Counted from the stretch's first letter, positions 40,730 to 63,323 are shown. The stretch is DNA of 64,000 nucleotides from the human T2T-CHM13v2.0 reference genome, Homo sapiens (GCF_009914755.1 NC_060936.1); one strand, 5' to 3'. The notes: generated by a model not told the origin, from the sequence alone. Made by a program: numbers and translations.

Positions 40730-41033
40730 TTTTTTTTTTTTTTTTTTGAGACAGAGTTTTGCTCTTGTGGCCCAGGCTGGAGCACAATGGAGCCATCCTG
40801 GCTTACTCCAACCTCTGCCTCCTGGGTTCAAGCGATTCCCCTGCCACAACCTCCCAAGTAGCTGAGATTACAGGTGTCCGCCACCACACCCTGCTCATTT
40901 TTTGTATTTTTAGTAGAGATGGGGTTTTACCATGTTGGCTAGGCTGGTCTCGAACTCCTCACCTCAGGTGATCCGCCCACCTCGGCCTCCCAAAGTGCTG
41001 GGATTACAGGCGTGAGCCACACCTTGCCTGGCC
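40730..41033 (-). mobile_element. Alu (AluS-like), TSD taaaa(c/t)aatgc
   Basis: Reverse dimer. Confidence 0.94.
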
Positions 41034-41568
41034 TAAAATAATGCATTTATAGGTTTGAATTATTTGTTGCAAAAGATTTGAAGAAAATCATATTCCATTT
41101 AGGAGGGTGCCCACAGCTCTGAGTGTAAGATATGGACTAAAAGTTTCAAGTCTTTGGAATACCATCTTAATGCAATTTGCCACAGCTCTTACAATACTGG
41201 CCCAGGATTTTTTTCAGGCCATTGTGACTATCCGACAAGGTATTTAGTTCTCTGAGTCACCTTATAGGGAAGGCACAAGATTATTCTGAAACTTGTTATG
41301 CCCACTGCATATGAAATGCACTGTTTGCCAGGGAATGTCACATAGCTTCTCTCTGCTCCTGTCTCATTATGTTCATTAAGTATATGATTTTTGAAATACA
41401 ACACTTCTACTAGGCACACTAAGAGCCTCATTATTCAAAACAGTTTATAGAAATTGTACAAAAGACATTATGTTGGAAGTCCAAATCCTAGAACCAAAAA
41501 CATACTACACATTGATATCAAACATGTGTCTCCACAACTGTTGCTCCTTGACCTCTCATGCTTGACTA

Positions 41569-42039
<471 letters not shown>

Positions 42040-42287
42040 TTAAAAAACAGTATTACTCTCTTATATGAGGTACCTAGAATAGACACATTCGGAGAGACAG
42101 AAAGTCGAACAGAGGTTACCAGAGGCTGAAGGGAAGAAGAAATGGAGATTTGTTTAGTGGGTATAGTTTCTGTTGGGGATAACTAAAAAATTCAGGAAAT
42201 GAATAGTGGTGACAGTTGCGTAACACTGTCAATCTACTTAATGTAACTGAATTGTCTACCTAAAAAGGGTTAAAATGGTAAACTTTA

Positions 42288-42642
<355 letters not shown>

Positions 42643-44057
42643 CTAAAGATATTCAAAAGACATTTTAAGAAGGTAAGTATACTATTCAATGAAGATAACA
42701 GTAGAAGATCACAAGTCCGAAATGAAATATTTAACTTATACTAGCTTACTAGGAGAAAAAGGGCATATAAAAAAAAAATCAGTGTTAGCATAATATATTA
42801 ACAGTCTGTAGCATCTCTGTTAGAGATGAAAACATACACAAAAAGCAAACTGTACTAAATTATGTTAATAACTTTTGGGATCTTCATAATAATAAAAGTA
42901 TTGGTAGTTATTTTTAAAAAGTCAGAAAAACATAAAATTGTATCCATGATCTCATTACACAGAATATATAGTGACTTTGCCAAGGGCTAGAAAACAGTTC
43001 ATGTGACAAAGCAAAAAAAATTGTCATTTTTGTTTTCAGCTTTTTAATATTGTTGCTAGTATGTGCCAATGTAATAAACATTTTAAATTTTAATGGTAAA
43101 AGTGTATCTAGTAACAGAAAGAACAGGAGGAGGAATAAGAGAAAGAAATACTGAAGAAACATAACATAAACCTAATAATTCCCTTGAGAACTCATTTTTC
43201 TACAGATCTGACACTTGAAAATCTTTGACAGGAACCTAAGAATCAGCAGAATCCAAAAGAACACTGGATTATAAGTGCCTTAAGTCTATTACATCTTGAA
43301 CAAGATATTTAACCTCTTAATACTTTGTGCTTCCTTATCAGTAAAAGAAAAAGGATTGGGTAAGATAATGAATGTGAAGAAAATGCTTTGCAGACTGGAA
43401 AACACTATCTAAATTAGGCTACCTAGATCTGACTTTCAAAACAAAAACAAACTATAGCATATGCTAAATATATCTGTATCAACTGTTGGTGACATGGCAC
43501 CATTCCATTACATGGAAAGAAGGAAACTAATGAAAAGAATACTCATGAAAATGAATGAAAAGAAAAGAGTCAAATGGCAGACTTAGAATCCAGATCTCTT
43601 TATTTTTTACTGGATGTGTGACCTTAATTTTCCACCTCTCATACTTACTTTCTTCATATGCAGAATGGGTAAAATACTTGCCCTCTAGCTCCCCTACCCA
43701 TTCCTCTTCAAGACAGTGGTGAGGACCAAATGAGCTCATGGATATGGTACCATCATCTCATCAAATGAGCTCATGGAACTGCTATGTAAGTGTGATATAT
43801 GAATGTGGACCTTCTCTCCCCCCCAGGCTTCTACTACTTAACCATCCCTGTGCTTCTTTTCATAGTCACTATATATTTTCCCCTATCTCTGAGCCCTCCA
43901 ATAATGGGAGTCTGGGCTACAGAGGTTGTTCTAAACGGGATGGTTATCAATCTTGCCCTTCCCCGCTTCTTTTTAGCAGAAATGGCCTTTTTTTTTCAAC
44001 TTAGATACTACCTAAAAGCTTAAAAGAAAGCCATAAATCAAATCTCTGGTGTCCTAC

Positions 44058-44227
44058 AAGAAGAAAGGAAAGGAAAGGGGAAAGGAGAAAGGGGAAGGAA
44101 AAAGGAAAGGAAAGAAGAAAAAAGAAAAAGAAAGGAAAGGAGAAAAGAAAGAAAAAGAAAAAGAGAAAGAGAGAGAAAGAAAGAGAAAGAGAGAAAGAAA
44201 GAAAGAGGGAGGAAGGAGGGAGGGAGG
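44058..44227 (+). repeat. 170-nt uninterrupted polypurine low-complexity tract
   Basis: Only A/G from 44058 to 44227 (GAAA/GGAA/GA/GGGA units). Confidence 0.97.
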
Positions 44228-44392
44228 CAGGGAGGCAGGCAAGCCAGCAAGCCATAAAGCCCAATTTCTTTGGCTGAAGTGGGAAAGTAGACCAGCCAGA
44301 TTACTGCCCTCAGCCACCCCTTTGCCAACATTTATGATACCTCTAAGGAACCTAGGCATTCTAGTTTTTAACCACTGTTTAAATAAGTATTA

Positions 44393-44659
<267 letters not shown>

Positions 44660-44777
44660 TTAAAACTATGGAAAAAACATGTTTTCAAAGCAAATATTGA
44701 GACTAGCCCCCCATCCCCCAATACTAACTTCAGATATCTGGATTCATTATATCAGTATGAAAATGTAAACAGAATTA

Positions 44778-45168
<391 letters not shown>

Positions 45169-45750
45169 GTGGTTCTTTATCCTGAACATTAATCTCTACT
45201 GAGTCTTTATCGTGTGGCAAGGGGAGCGAGCAACCAGAATCTCTCCATTTTAGAGTATACCAAAAGATTAAGCATTTAATAAAGCATTTGGCTGCCTTAT
45301 ATAAATAACTGGTTGTCTTTCTAATGAACAGACAATAATACACAGTTCCATAAAATCCTGAATTTTATTATAAAGAGATAAACACCCTCCATCTTCCAGA
45401 GTTGTGACCTAAAGTAATGTGACTTGTTTTTGCTGAGGGACAGAAAAATTAACATCACAGAGAAAATCACCCTCCAAGGAAAGGAAGAACTTTCTAACAA
45501 TTAAAGTTACCCAAAACCAGAATAAATATGCTTAAAAAGCAGCAGTTCCACAACACCTGATAATGACCACATAGAGGGTGAAGGACTACCTATCCGGAAT
45601 TTTCTAGAACTGAGGCATGGGACTAGATGGCCCCTCAAGTTCTTCTAATTAGGACTCTAAAACTCTATGTAAGTTTTCAGGTTGTGATGACAGAAAATGC
45701 AAACAGGGATTGGCTTTTCCAAAAGAAAACAGCATTTTCAGGTTCCATTA

Positions 45751-46080
<330 letters not shown>

Positions 46081-46206
46081 TTATGACAAGGCCCAAAATG
46101 GAGGCTTTCAGGTTAAAGCTTCTAATATACTAAAAATATGAGATTAAAATTAAATATCTGATGTTAAATAAGATAGAAAATGTCCATTGGGGAGAAAAAC
46201 TGTAAT

Positions 46207-46729
46207 TGTGGCAGGCCAGGTCTCCATGAGCAACCAGAACAGTTTCTACTAACACATTACTATAATTCTGATGAATGTGTAAGTTAAACAGTAAATAACT
46301 GGAGAAACTACTGCCTTCGTACAAGGGCTGAAATGTGAAAACAAACCCATTAAGATTTTCACCCGGGTTTTCTAAGACCCTAAAGCCTGATAAAGTTATG
46401 AAGGCATTCTTACACACACCTTGTACCAGGGCCCACTTAAGATAAGGAAATTTTTCCAAGTCTCTAGAGAAAGCTTTCCAGACCCTGGACCCTACCTGAA
46501 GATTAGATACAGTTTGAATGAAACATTCTGGCTTGTAGGTGCACCTCCTACACACAGACATAGAATTTAGAATGAATACAAGCGTTGAAAAAAACTTGTA
46601 ACTTTTAGTTGGTCTGGTGAGTTACTCCATAACCAGCTGCAGAAATTAACTCCCTTCTTTCCCAGTCAGTCTGCATCTCCTTATTGGACTGAGAGAAAAA
46701 GCAGCCAGACCTCGTTCTGTCCAGGAATA
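46207..46729 (+). mobile_element. Solo ERVL-class LTR (MER54/MER73/MER74-like)
   Basis: Begins tgtggcaggccaggtctc, ends ...gcagccagacctcgttctgtccaggaata; family assigned by eye. Confidence 0.55.
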
Positions 46730-47413
46730 TAATGACTACAGATTCAAGACAAAAGAGAGTGTTAAGGTCAAAAACAATCCACGGAGATAATAAACCTACA
46801 AAAAAATTACTATTGCTCTCTAGATTCCTCCTCTCTGGGCAGGGCATCTCTGAAAAAAAGGCAGCAGCCCCAGTCAGGGACTTATAGATAAAACCCCCAG
46901 CTCCCTGGGACAGAGCACCTGGGGGAAGGGGCGGCTGTGGGCGCAGCTTCAGCAGACTTAAATGTCCCTGCCTGACGGCTCTGAAGAGAGCAGCGGATCT
47001 CCCAGCACAGCATTCGAGCTCTGATAAGCAACAGAATGCCTCCTCAAGTGGGTCCCTGGCCCCCGTGCATCCTGACGGGGAGACACCTCCCAGCAGGGGT
47101 CAACAGACACATCATACAAGAGAACTCTGGCTGGCATCTGGCCAGTGCCCCTCTGGGATGAAGCTTCCAGAGGAAGGAACAAGCAGCAATCTTTGCTGTT
47201 CTGCAGCCTCTGCTGGCGATACCCAGGCAAACAAGAGTCTGGAGTGGACCTCCACCAAACTCCAGCACACCTGCAGCAGAGGGGCCTGACTGTTTGAAGG
47301 AAAACTAACAAACAGAAAGGAGTAGTGTCAACATCAACAAAAAGGACGTCCACTCAGAGACTCCACCCAAAGGTCACCAACATCAAAGACCAAAGGTAGA
47401 TAAATCCACGAAG

Positions 47414-48435
47414 ATGGGGAGAAACCAGTACAAAAAGGCTGAACATTCCAAAAACCAGAATGCCTCTTCTCCTCCAGAGGATCAAATCTCCTCGCCAGCA
47501 AAGGAACAAAACTGGATGGTGAATGAGTTTGATGAATTGACAGAAGTAGGCTTCAGAAGGTGGGTAATAACAAACTCCTCTGAGCTAAAGGACCATGTTC
47601 TAACCCAATACAAGGAAGCTAAGAACCTTCAGGAAAGGTTAGAGGAATTGCTAACTAGAATAACCAGTTTAGAAAAGAACATAAATGAACTGATGGAGCT
47701 GAAAAACACAGCACGAGAACTTCGTGAAGCATACACAAGTATCAATAGCCGAATCAATCAAGCAGAAGAAAGGATATCAGAGATTGAAGATCAATTCAAT
47801 AAAATAAAGTGAGAGGACAAGATTAGAGGAAAAAGAGTGAAAAGAAACGAAAAAAGCCTCCAATGCATATGGGACTACGTGAAAAGACCAAATCTACATT
47901 TGATTGGTGTACCTGTGTGATGGAAGAATGGAACCAACTTGAAAAACACTCTTCAGGATATTATCCAGGAGAACTTCCCCAACCTAGCAAGGCAGGCCAA
48001 CATTCAAATTCAGGAAATACAGAGAACACCACAAAGATACTCCTTGAGAAGAGCAAACCCAAGACACATAACTGTCAGATTCACCAATGTTGAAATGAAG
48101 GAAAAAGTGTTAAGGGCAGCCAGAGAGAAAGGTCAAGTTACCCACAAAGGGAAGCCCATCAGACTAACAGCGGATCTCTCGCAGAAACTCTACAAGCCAA
48201 AAGAGAGTGGGGGCCAATATTCAACATTCTTAAAGAAAAGAATTTTCAACTCAGAATTTCATATCCAGCCAAACTAAGCTTCGTAAGTGAAGGAGAAATA
48301 AAACCCTTTCCAGACAAGCAAGTGCTGAGAGATTTTCTCACCACCAGACCTGCCTTACAAGAGCTCCTGAAGAAAGCACTAAACATGGAAAGGAACAATC
48401 GGTACCAGTCACTGGAAAAAACATACCAAATCGTA
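47414..48435 (+). pseudogene. L1 ORF1 remnant (premature stop at 47810, frameshifts)
   Basis: ORF fragments 47414..47812 and 47939..48277 are ORF1p-like. Confidence 0.9.
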
Positions 48436-48499
48436 AAGACCATCGACGCTATGAAGAAACTGCATCAACTAACAGGCAAAATAACCAGCTAACATCATA

Positions 48500-52290
<3,791 letters not shown>

Positions 52291-52687
52291 CGAGAACATA
52301 TGGACACAGGGAGGGGAACATCACACAGCAGGGCCTGTCCAGGGGTGCAGGCCTAGGGGAGGCATAGCATTAGGAGAAATACCTAATGTGGTTGATGGGT
52401 GCAGCAAACCACCATGGCACGTGTATACCTATGTAGCAAACCTGTACGTTCTGCACATGTACCCCAGAACTTAAAGTATAATACAAAAAAAATTATGGTT
52501 AAGTAATCTACCTTCTATAGTCTACAACCTATAATAACTCCTATACCAACAAGTTAAGGAGGGGAAGATAAATTTAGATGTGACAGCCTAAGGACACAAA
52601 CCATTTAATCCTCTCTACAGGTTTTCAAACCTAGAATCTTACCAATTGCTCTTAATACAAGTATATGTCTGACTGACAATATATAGA

Positions 52688-52815
52688 TTACAGTAAGTCT
52701 TCATGTAATGTCATTGGTAGGTTCTTAGAAACTGCCTTTAAGCAAAAGGAAGTATAGTAGCAGGTCTTTGAATAAAGTTGTTTTCATTTCATTATAACAG
52801 TGATGAGGGGGAAAA
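52688..52815. mobile_element. Tigger5/MER47-like DNA transposon fragment
   Basis: tacagtaagtcttcatgtaatgtc...caggtctttgaataa; similar to the 57988 copy. Confidence 0.6.
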
Positions 52816-53329
52816 ATAAGTTCAGCTTGCAGATCAGCTTGGTACTGCCCATTAATCTCATTGTTACACTTAAAGTCCTTGCAATGTTAAGTGAGCTCTG
52901 ATTAGGTCTATGATTCTCCTTGAAATTAGTTTCCACAAGCTCACCTACATAGACACAATCCCAAAAGATGCAGGACAGACTTTGCTTCATTAAATATGTA
53001 CCTCGTAAGTAATGATTTTCTGGATGGTAACTAAGATAAAATGACTGATTTTATTTTACTAAATAATTACCTACCCCTCCTCCTAAACCAAGAGGGGGCT
53101 CTTCCTCAAGCAAGAATACTAAGTTCAAAGTATTTTAAGTTATGAATTTATGGTCACAACAGAGGACATCACACAAAGGAAAAAACCACCAGGTCAAATG
53201 CAAATAAACCGGCAAATAAAATTTTCATTATACAATTATCGCTTGCTCTGTGGGAAAATGCTCAAGAGTATAGGCTTTTTTTTTTTTTTTTTTTTCATTC
53301 AAAGATATCAACATCAAAGTAAATTGGCA

Positions 53330-53365
53330 GGGGTATATAGCTCAGTGGTAGAGCATCTGACTGCA
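53330..53365 (+). pseudogene. tRNA-Cys(GCA) 5'-half tailless retropseudogene with TSDs
   Basis: GGGGTATATAGCTCAGTGGTAGAGCATCTGACTGCA ends at the anticodon; caaagtaaatt repeated at 53315 and 53364. Confidence 0.85.
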
Positions 53366-54796
53366 AAGTAAATTTGAACTTGAATTACCATAAGTCTTGC
53401 CACCATTCTTCTCAGCTGTCAAATACATTGCTAACACTAGAAAATCCATAATCTTATTTTTCTACCCTGCCAATACCCACTACCAAAGAGACAGTAAGCT
53501 AAGATTCTCATATAAATTCCTCCACAAAAAGACTACTCCATCCAACCATATGAAACTGCAGTTGTGATCCCTAGTCCTGAAAATCATCAATACTTGTGAT
53601 GTTTTCATAGGTTACCAGTCTGCTTTCAAGCAAAGCCCATCATGTTAAGCAATTCTAGAAGAGTGGCTGATAGCTAATGTGCTAGAAAGCAACCACCAAA
53701 AATATCAAAGGCCTCTAACTAGGGTAAACGGGTGATTCCAGTATTCAAGGAAAAAGCTAATTATACTTGGCATGGGTTGCATTTCTTTTCAGCTGCTCTT
53801 AGTCACCCTATATACAACTTCGTAAACAAAGATAGTCATTAACTTCTGGATAACAACGTGCTTAAGAATGTACCGCTGTGTGTGGTATAAGCTAGTGTAC
53901 CTTTCAGCAGACTGCCAATGAATTCTTCATAATGGGATTTAGCAGTACACTAAGATGATATTCAAGAACTGTACGCAACTGTAATGCCTCTTTTCTTAAT
54001 AATGGCCCTCAATCAGCCCTTGAAAATCAGTGCAACAAAACTTGGCCATCTGTTCACAAAACTTTCAAAACTGAAAAATAATAATCTACCATATAATAAG
54101 ATATTTTAATATAAAAAAAGATTATTTGAACAGTCTAATTCAAGTTTCAACTGTTTTCAAGTCTTTAAGTCACATAACTGAAAATTCCCATTTCTATCTT
54201 GAGAAAAAATATTTCCCAGCAGAGGAATCTACGAGCGTCTATGATGGATGGTTTTAATTTTATATCCTAGGAGTTTTAATGCTGATGAGATTAATGAGCA
54301 GTACCATGCTGATCTGCAAGCTGAAAAGACAAATAAAAGATAGTGAAGGGGTAGGAACAGAATCTCCCCTTGTTCTCTGGAAGCAGCCTTTTGTATCAGA
54401 GTAGGAATTCCCAGGTTACAAGAATAGATTCTAAACAAAGCAACTAAGAATCATATAAAACAAGTCAATGGATTGACTGTAATCTGGCAGGGTCTCTGCC
54501 TAATCACATTGTTATTACTAGGTTAAAAAGCAAAGGGCTTGCACCTGACAAAAAGGGCTAACGAAAAGCCAACTGGATCCAACACAAAACAAACTTGTCA
54601 AAACCTTCTCTTCACCACCAGTAACGTGTCATTACCAAAATAATCACATTGATGGTAAATAATTTGTTGTATCTGCAACTGGAACTCAGCAAATTCTAAC
54701 CTGGGCCCAAGTATTATATTACCCATCTCCGAATGTGACATTCTATCTAGCACCATCCAGACGAGAAAGCAGAGCAAAAGACTCTAGCAATGGAAG

Positions 54797-55104
54797 TGTT
54801 TTTTTTTTTTTTTTTTTTTTGAGACAAGGTCTTGTGCTGCCCAGGCTGGAGGGCAGTGGTGCAATCATGGCTCACTGCAGCCTCGACCTCCTAGGCTCAA
54901 AGCAATCCTCCCACTTCAGCCTCCCAAGTAGCTGGGACTACAGGTGTGTGCTACCACACCCAACTAATTTTTGTATTTTTTGTAGAGATGGGGGTCTCAA
55001 TATGTTGCACAGGCTGGTCTCAAACTCCTGGGCTCAAGTGATCCTTCCACCTCAGTCTCCCCTAAATTGTTAGGTTTACAGGCATGAGCCACCACACCAA
55101 GCCT
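54797..55104 (-). mobile_element. Alu (AluJ-like)
   Basis: Reverse dimer. Confidence 0.93.
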
Positions 55105-55289
55105 AGAATGGAATTCTTAAAACTTAACTGTATACAGACTTTCACAACTCAAAGAAAAAAATCTGAAAAACTGAAATTGGCCAAGAAAGCTTTACATATT
55201 GTTTTTCTAGTTCCTCTAAGCCATAAGGGATTATAAGATGAGTAAAACAAATACAGATTTTTTAATTCTATTTTTTAAAAATTGTTTCA

Positions 55290-55594
<305 letters not shown>

Positions 55595-55723
55595 TCAGCA
55601 ACCTGTAATGTTTTGAGTTTTGAAAAAATGCTACGACTAAAAACTCAGAACAGATAAATGATTAGTTTTCTCTTTCACTTTCAGGCCTCAAACATCACTG
55701 TTCAATAGCTTTTTTTTTTTTTA

Positions 55724-55918
<195 letters not shown>

Positions 55919-56231
55919 CTAAACAACAAATAATTCCAAGATGAACAGCAAGACATGCTAAACAGACAGGGTAATTAATGTGTGCTTAAGATCACCAAAA
56001 TGTAATGAATAAGCAAAGTGGCTAACAGAGTTCTTCAACAGTTAGTAGAAATCAAATTATTTGATTATGATGCCAAAGTCCACCTGAATGATATTACCAA
56101 GAATATTTCACTAAGTACGTATCCAAAAAAAGTGCTATAGTGTATGTTGAAGGAGAATGCAATGGATAATTGCTGACAAGTTACTGTTATTTTCCTAATC
56201 AATTGGTAAGACAGACTCAATTTACTATTTA

Positions 56232-56987
<756 letters not shown>

Positions 56988-57986
56988 TCAAGTGTGAAAT
57001 GGGCAAAGTGCTATCATATTTGATCATGTACATCAGTACAGTACTTTGGCCTCTTCTGTAGGGTGCGGTACAAAGATGGCATGCCTTGAAATCAAGCAAC
57101 CTGGGTACAAAGCCTGGCTCTTGTACTTTTAGACTGTTAATATGGGGTACAAGTTTCAGAACGTCCGTTTTCTGAAAAATGAGAATACTACCAACCGTAT
57201 TTTGCTGTTTTACGGATTAAATAAGATAACATATGAAAGTGCCTAACCTGGTACCTTGCACAAGGTAAACACTCTTAAAGTATTAGTTTCCTATCACCTC
57301 GTAATTCATTCCCTGGGGCAAGTCCTACACAAATTAATTTACTTCTCTCTGGAAAGCCTCTTCATGTATAAGTAGAATAACAAAACTTGACGATCAGTTG
57401 TAACAACAGAGTTTTATGAAACTCATTTTAACAAAGTAAATAAAGGCAAACAAATTTAATTATCAATACTGTCAGTGCATTTTCTTGTTAAACTACTGGC
57501 AGCTTTGAAACAATTTTGAAATAATTTCCAGTCCTACTTGTCTAGCAAGATTGACTTGTTAGGCAGGCTCTCTAATCAGAGAATATTTTCACTGGCTTCA
57601 AAACAGAATCATTTGTAGGCAGAAAGAGCTATATCACATGCAATTCCCTACTTTTATTGTCCAGATTCGTATTTATTTTCCATTTCCTCAGGCTCCTAGT
57701 AATCTTAACACATTCCTCCTATCCTCCAAAAAAGCATAATTCTCATCAACTACAAATATTTTAACACTCATTAAGAGATGGAAATCTGTAGCCTGGTATA
57801 ATTCCTTTGAAAAACACAATAGTAATAAGAGTCATAAAATGCTTATATTAAATTCTAACCCAGTAATTACATTCCTAAGAGTCAAGTCTAGGAAATTTAA
57901 AAGAAGGAAAAGGTTATAAAAGAAGTTCATTTTATTACTTACAATAAGAAACTTAGTAACAGGCAAAATGCTCAAAATTAGAAAAC

Positions 57987-58352
57987 TACAGCAGGTCCTC
58001 AAATAACATCTTTACGTTCAGTGTAGTTTCATTATAACACTGATGAGAAAAAAATCAATTCCTGGCCAATGCCACTGTCACTCACTAATTTACCAAAAAC
58101 TGGATAATTATTTCGTTTTTATTACTCTTTCTTAAATGTAGGTTTAGCTCGAATTTTCTCAGTGTTTAATATCAGAAGTGTTTGGGGTCTTTATTTTAAA
58201 AGTCTGATGATGTTTTTGTGACCAGAAATATGCTGCAGGAACTTAACTCTTGTTTATATCAGTCTGTAGTAAAAGTGGGTTCATTATACATTGCTTCGCT
58301 TAAAGTTGCAGTGCAAGAAGCTATTGATAAAATTAAGTGAGGACTTACTGTA
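57987..58352. mobile_element. MER47A-like (Tigger5) DNA transposon
   Basis: ta-cagcaggtcctcaaataac ... aagtgaggacttactg-ta termini. Confidence 0.75.
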
Positions 58353-58610
58353 CTCAGCAAACTATGGACAACTTGATGGAACAGCAGACAACTATTAAAA
58401 CAACAATAAAGAACAGAGGTATGGAAAAGACAATTTTGGGAAAAGAGCAGAATACTAAACTTTTTGTATATCTTGATTATAAATATTTACTTTTAATGTG
58501 AAATATGTATAATCATAAAGCCAAAGTATATGAAAATAAAAAGTTAAAAACATAAAAACTGTGAGTCTGCTAATATCTCTACAGAGTTTTGTATTCACCA
58601 AGCAAACTCA

Positions 58611-58793
<183 letters not shown>

Positions 58794-58879
58794 CTACAAA
58801 AATAAAACCACCATTATAAACTCTGGTTTTGAAAATAATCTTAAAAGTAAAAATAATAAAGGAACCATTTGTTGACTGT

Positions 58880-59105
58880 TCAACCATGTCCCACGCACTT
58901 TCTTAAGGACTTTATACACATGATCTAATTCATTCCTCACAACAACCCTATGTAGTAGGTATTAATATCTACATTTTATAAACAAGAGAAACTGAGGCTC
59001 AGGAAGGAAATAACTTGCCCAAGGACACAGGGTTAGCAATTAAGGAGTCCACTCTCAAACCTGAAAGGATCTCATTCCAAAGCCTTTGCTCTTAACTACT
59101 ATGTT
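58880..59105 (-). mobile_element. MIR
   Basis: attcctcacaacaaccctatg...aaactgaggctcagg. Confidence 0.8.
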
Positions 59106-59177
59106 CAACTGCTCAAGATGAAAGGGATGATGAATATACAAATTTGTGCTTCGGAGAAATACGATCTTTCAATGATA

Positions 59178-59491
<314 letters not shown>

Positions 59492-59674
59492 CTAGAGTCC
59501 AATAACAAGCCAAGGCCGACTGCTTTTTCTAGGGACAGCACAAGATTAACTGGAAATGAATCTGCCCAAGGTTCCAGATTTCAAGTCAACATCTGATATT
59601 ACCTAGTAAGAATCACTTGTATAATGGTAATCAGATAAACTGAAAATAACCCTCACCAATACTATTACTACTTA

Positions 59675-59914
<240 letters not shown>

Positions 59915-60190
59915 TCACAATTTGAGTTCTCTTATGGGGTTTGGCAATATACTGTTGAAAGACCTTACAAAGTTTAGTGTTAGTTCTTTTATTAAATATT
60001 ATTCTTTGAATGTAATTCCATCTCTTGAATTAATATAACTTCCAATGTCCTATTTTTTAAAGTTTGTGTAAATTATTTTTTTAATGAACATGTCATCAAT
60101 GATTTTATTTATTAATTGAGAGTACCAGTAGATATAACAACCAGTTCAAAGGACAATCTAAAGCACAGACATATATAAACACAGTTAGCA

Positions 60191-60304
60191 GGCCAGGCGT
60201 GGTGGCTCACACCTGTAATCTCAGCACTTTGGGAGGCTGAGGCAGGCAGATCACCTGAGGTCAGGAGCTCGAGACCAGCCTGGCCAACATGGTGAAACCC
60301 CACC
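60191..60304 (+). mobile_element. Alu left arm, 3'-truncated
   Basis: Stops at ggtgaaacccc. Confidence 0.9.
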
Positions 60305-60549
60305 TGGTAGAGAGACAGCCCTTTGAAATTACAGAGGAAACACATGATAGTTACCTATACTTATTGACTTAGTCCTTCAATTCTAAATAAAACAGCCAAT
60401 TAAAGATTCTCAGACATTCGAAGACAACAACTACTGCCTGAGCCAGGTCAAAAACGCATCAAACATAGAAGCTGTCCAGATAAAAACAGAAATAATTCAA
60501 AAAAACAGAAAAGAAACAGGGGCAGCTAAGCAGGTCCCAGAAAAACTCA

Positions 60550-60999
<450 letters not shown>

Positions 61000-61454
61000 T
61001 TATGATTCGAGTACACTTTTATCTCTATCTAGCACTTATTTCATTCTGTTTTAAATCACAGATGTGTAAAATACGTCTCTCCAACTAGAAAATATGTATT
61101 TGGAAGACTCTACTTTTATACCCTATTTTGTACCATAAGTCCTATTTTTATACCCTTCCCTTACATGCCTGCTCCCAAACATCTAGAATAGTAGCAAGAG
61201 TACTGTGGTGCTCAGTAAATGTTAATTTCATTTTATTTTTCTGCCTCTAATTTTAAAAGTAATTTATGCACATGGAAAAAAATTTGAAGAATACAGTAGG
61301 TAACAAATTCCCTACTGCTTAAGAGTTAAATAACTAATTCCATCATCTTTCATAGCAAGGAGTCAATAAAAACAAGTAATATTTAAGTAGGTAATAATTA
61401 TTCTAAATTATAAAATCAGACGAAAGAGTAAGTGAACTTTACTAGAATTATTTT

Positions 61455-61788
61455 ATAGATGCTCCTCAACTTACGACAGGGTTATGTCCCGTCGTAAGGT
61501 GAAAATATTGTAATTTGAAAATGCATTTAATAAAATTAACATACGAAACACAGCTTAGCCTAGCCTACCTTAAAGGTGCTCAGAACACTTACATCGGCAT
61601 GACTGACTGGGAGCTGTGGCTCAGTGCTGCTGCCCGGCATTGTGAGAGAATGTCATACCACATATTGCTAGCCTGGCACAAGTTCAAAATTCAAATTTCG
61701 AAACACAGTTTCTACTCAATGCATATCACTTTCGCACCATCATAAAGTCTAAAAATCACAAATCGATCTAAGTTAGGGATCGTTTGTA
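61455..61788. mobile_element. Tigger4/MER46-like DNA transposon
   Basis: ta-gatgctcctcaacttacga ... aagttagggatcgtttg-ta termini. Confidence 0.75.
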
Positions 61789-61815
61789 TTATGATTATTC
61801 TATTCTAAAGAATTA

Positions 61816-62115
<300 letters not shown>

Positions 62116-63034
62116 TCACTGAATTCTTACCACAATCCTATAAGGGAGGCAAAGCAGCTAGTATCTTTCTTTTCCATCTTACAGATAAGAAAACTTCACA
62201 GATAAGAAAAGGTATAAACATAAGTTTATAATAAAATAAAATATAAATTTTTATGGATAAGAAAACTTTAACTCAAAGAAAAGTTATTTTCCCCGGTCAT
62301 TTAGTGTAATAAAGGACACATCTGAAATACTGATTCAGAATGAGGGTCAGATCCATGATCCTTTCACTATACTAGACTGCCTCTACTCTACTTGTCTACA
62401 GTACCTGAAATTGTCAGAGATGCACATTGGATAGCAATATAGAAAACAATAGACTAGAAATCCATTAATGTTGACAATGTACATTTAAACTACATTCATT
62501 AACATTAGTTACACAAAGATGAATAAAGCATAGACCTTATCCTCAATGAATCACAATAGAAGATAAGAATTATGCTTCTACTGGGAACTAAAACCAAATT
62601 ACTATAAACTCACTGTTATGGGAGGCAGTGATTAATTCTGCCCAGGAGAGTTGAGAAAGGCTTTGAAGTAGGCCTTATATTAGTATGATTCTGTCCAAAC
62701 GAAAAGTTAAAGAAGTTAAAGAAACCAGGAATATAATGAACAAAGGCATGGAGAAACACTTGAAAAGCATTCATGGTTCAGTTTGCGATTAGGGGGTGAT
62801 GTGGAGGGTTGGAGGCAGGGGCTGGGTGGAAAAAGAGTGGGGCAGGAAAAAGGAATCTGGCAGGAAGAAAGATGCAGAGTCTGAGAGCCATGGACTTCAT
62901 CATGTAAAGCAATGGGAAGGTACTGAGGCTGAAATCGTTCATCATCCATGAATCCTACTACGTGTTAGGCACTGTTCTAGGTCCTGGAAATTGCTCATGA
63001 GCAAAAATGACAGTCCTTGCCTCATGAAACCTTT

Positions 63035-63323
<289 letters not shown>

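Noticed and set aside
53330-53365. Functional tRNA-Cys gene
   Set aside because: No 3' half, T arm or B box
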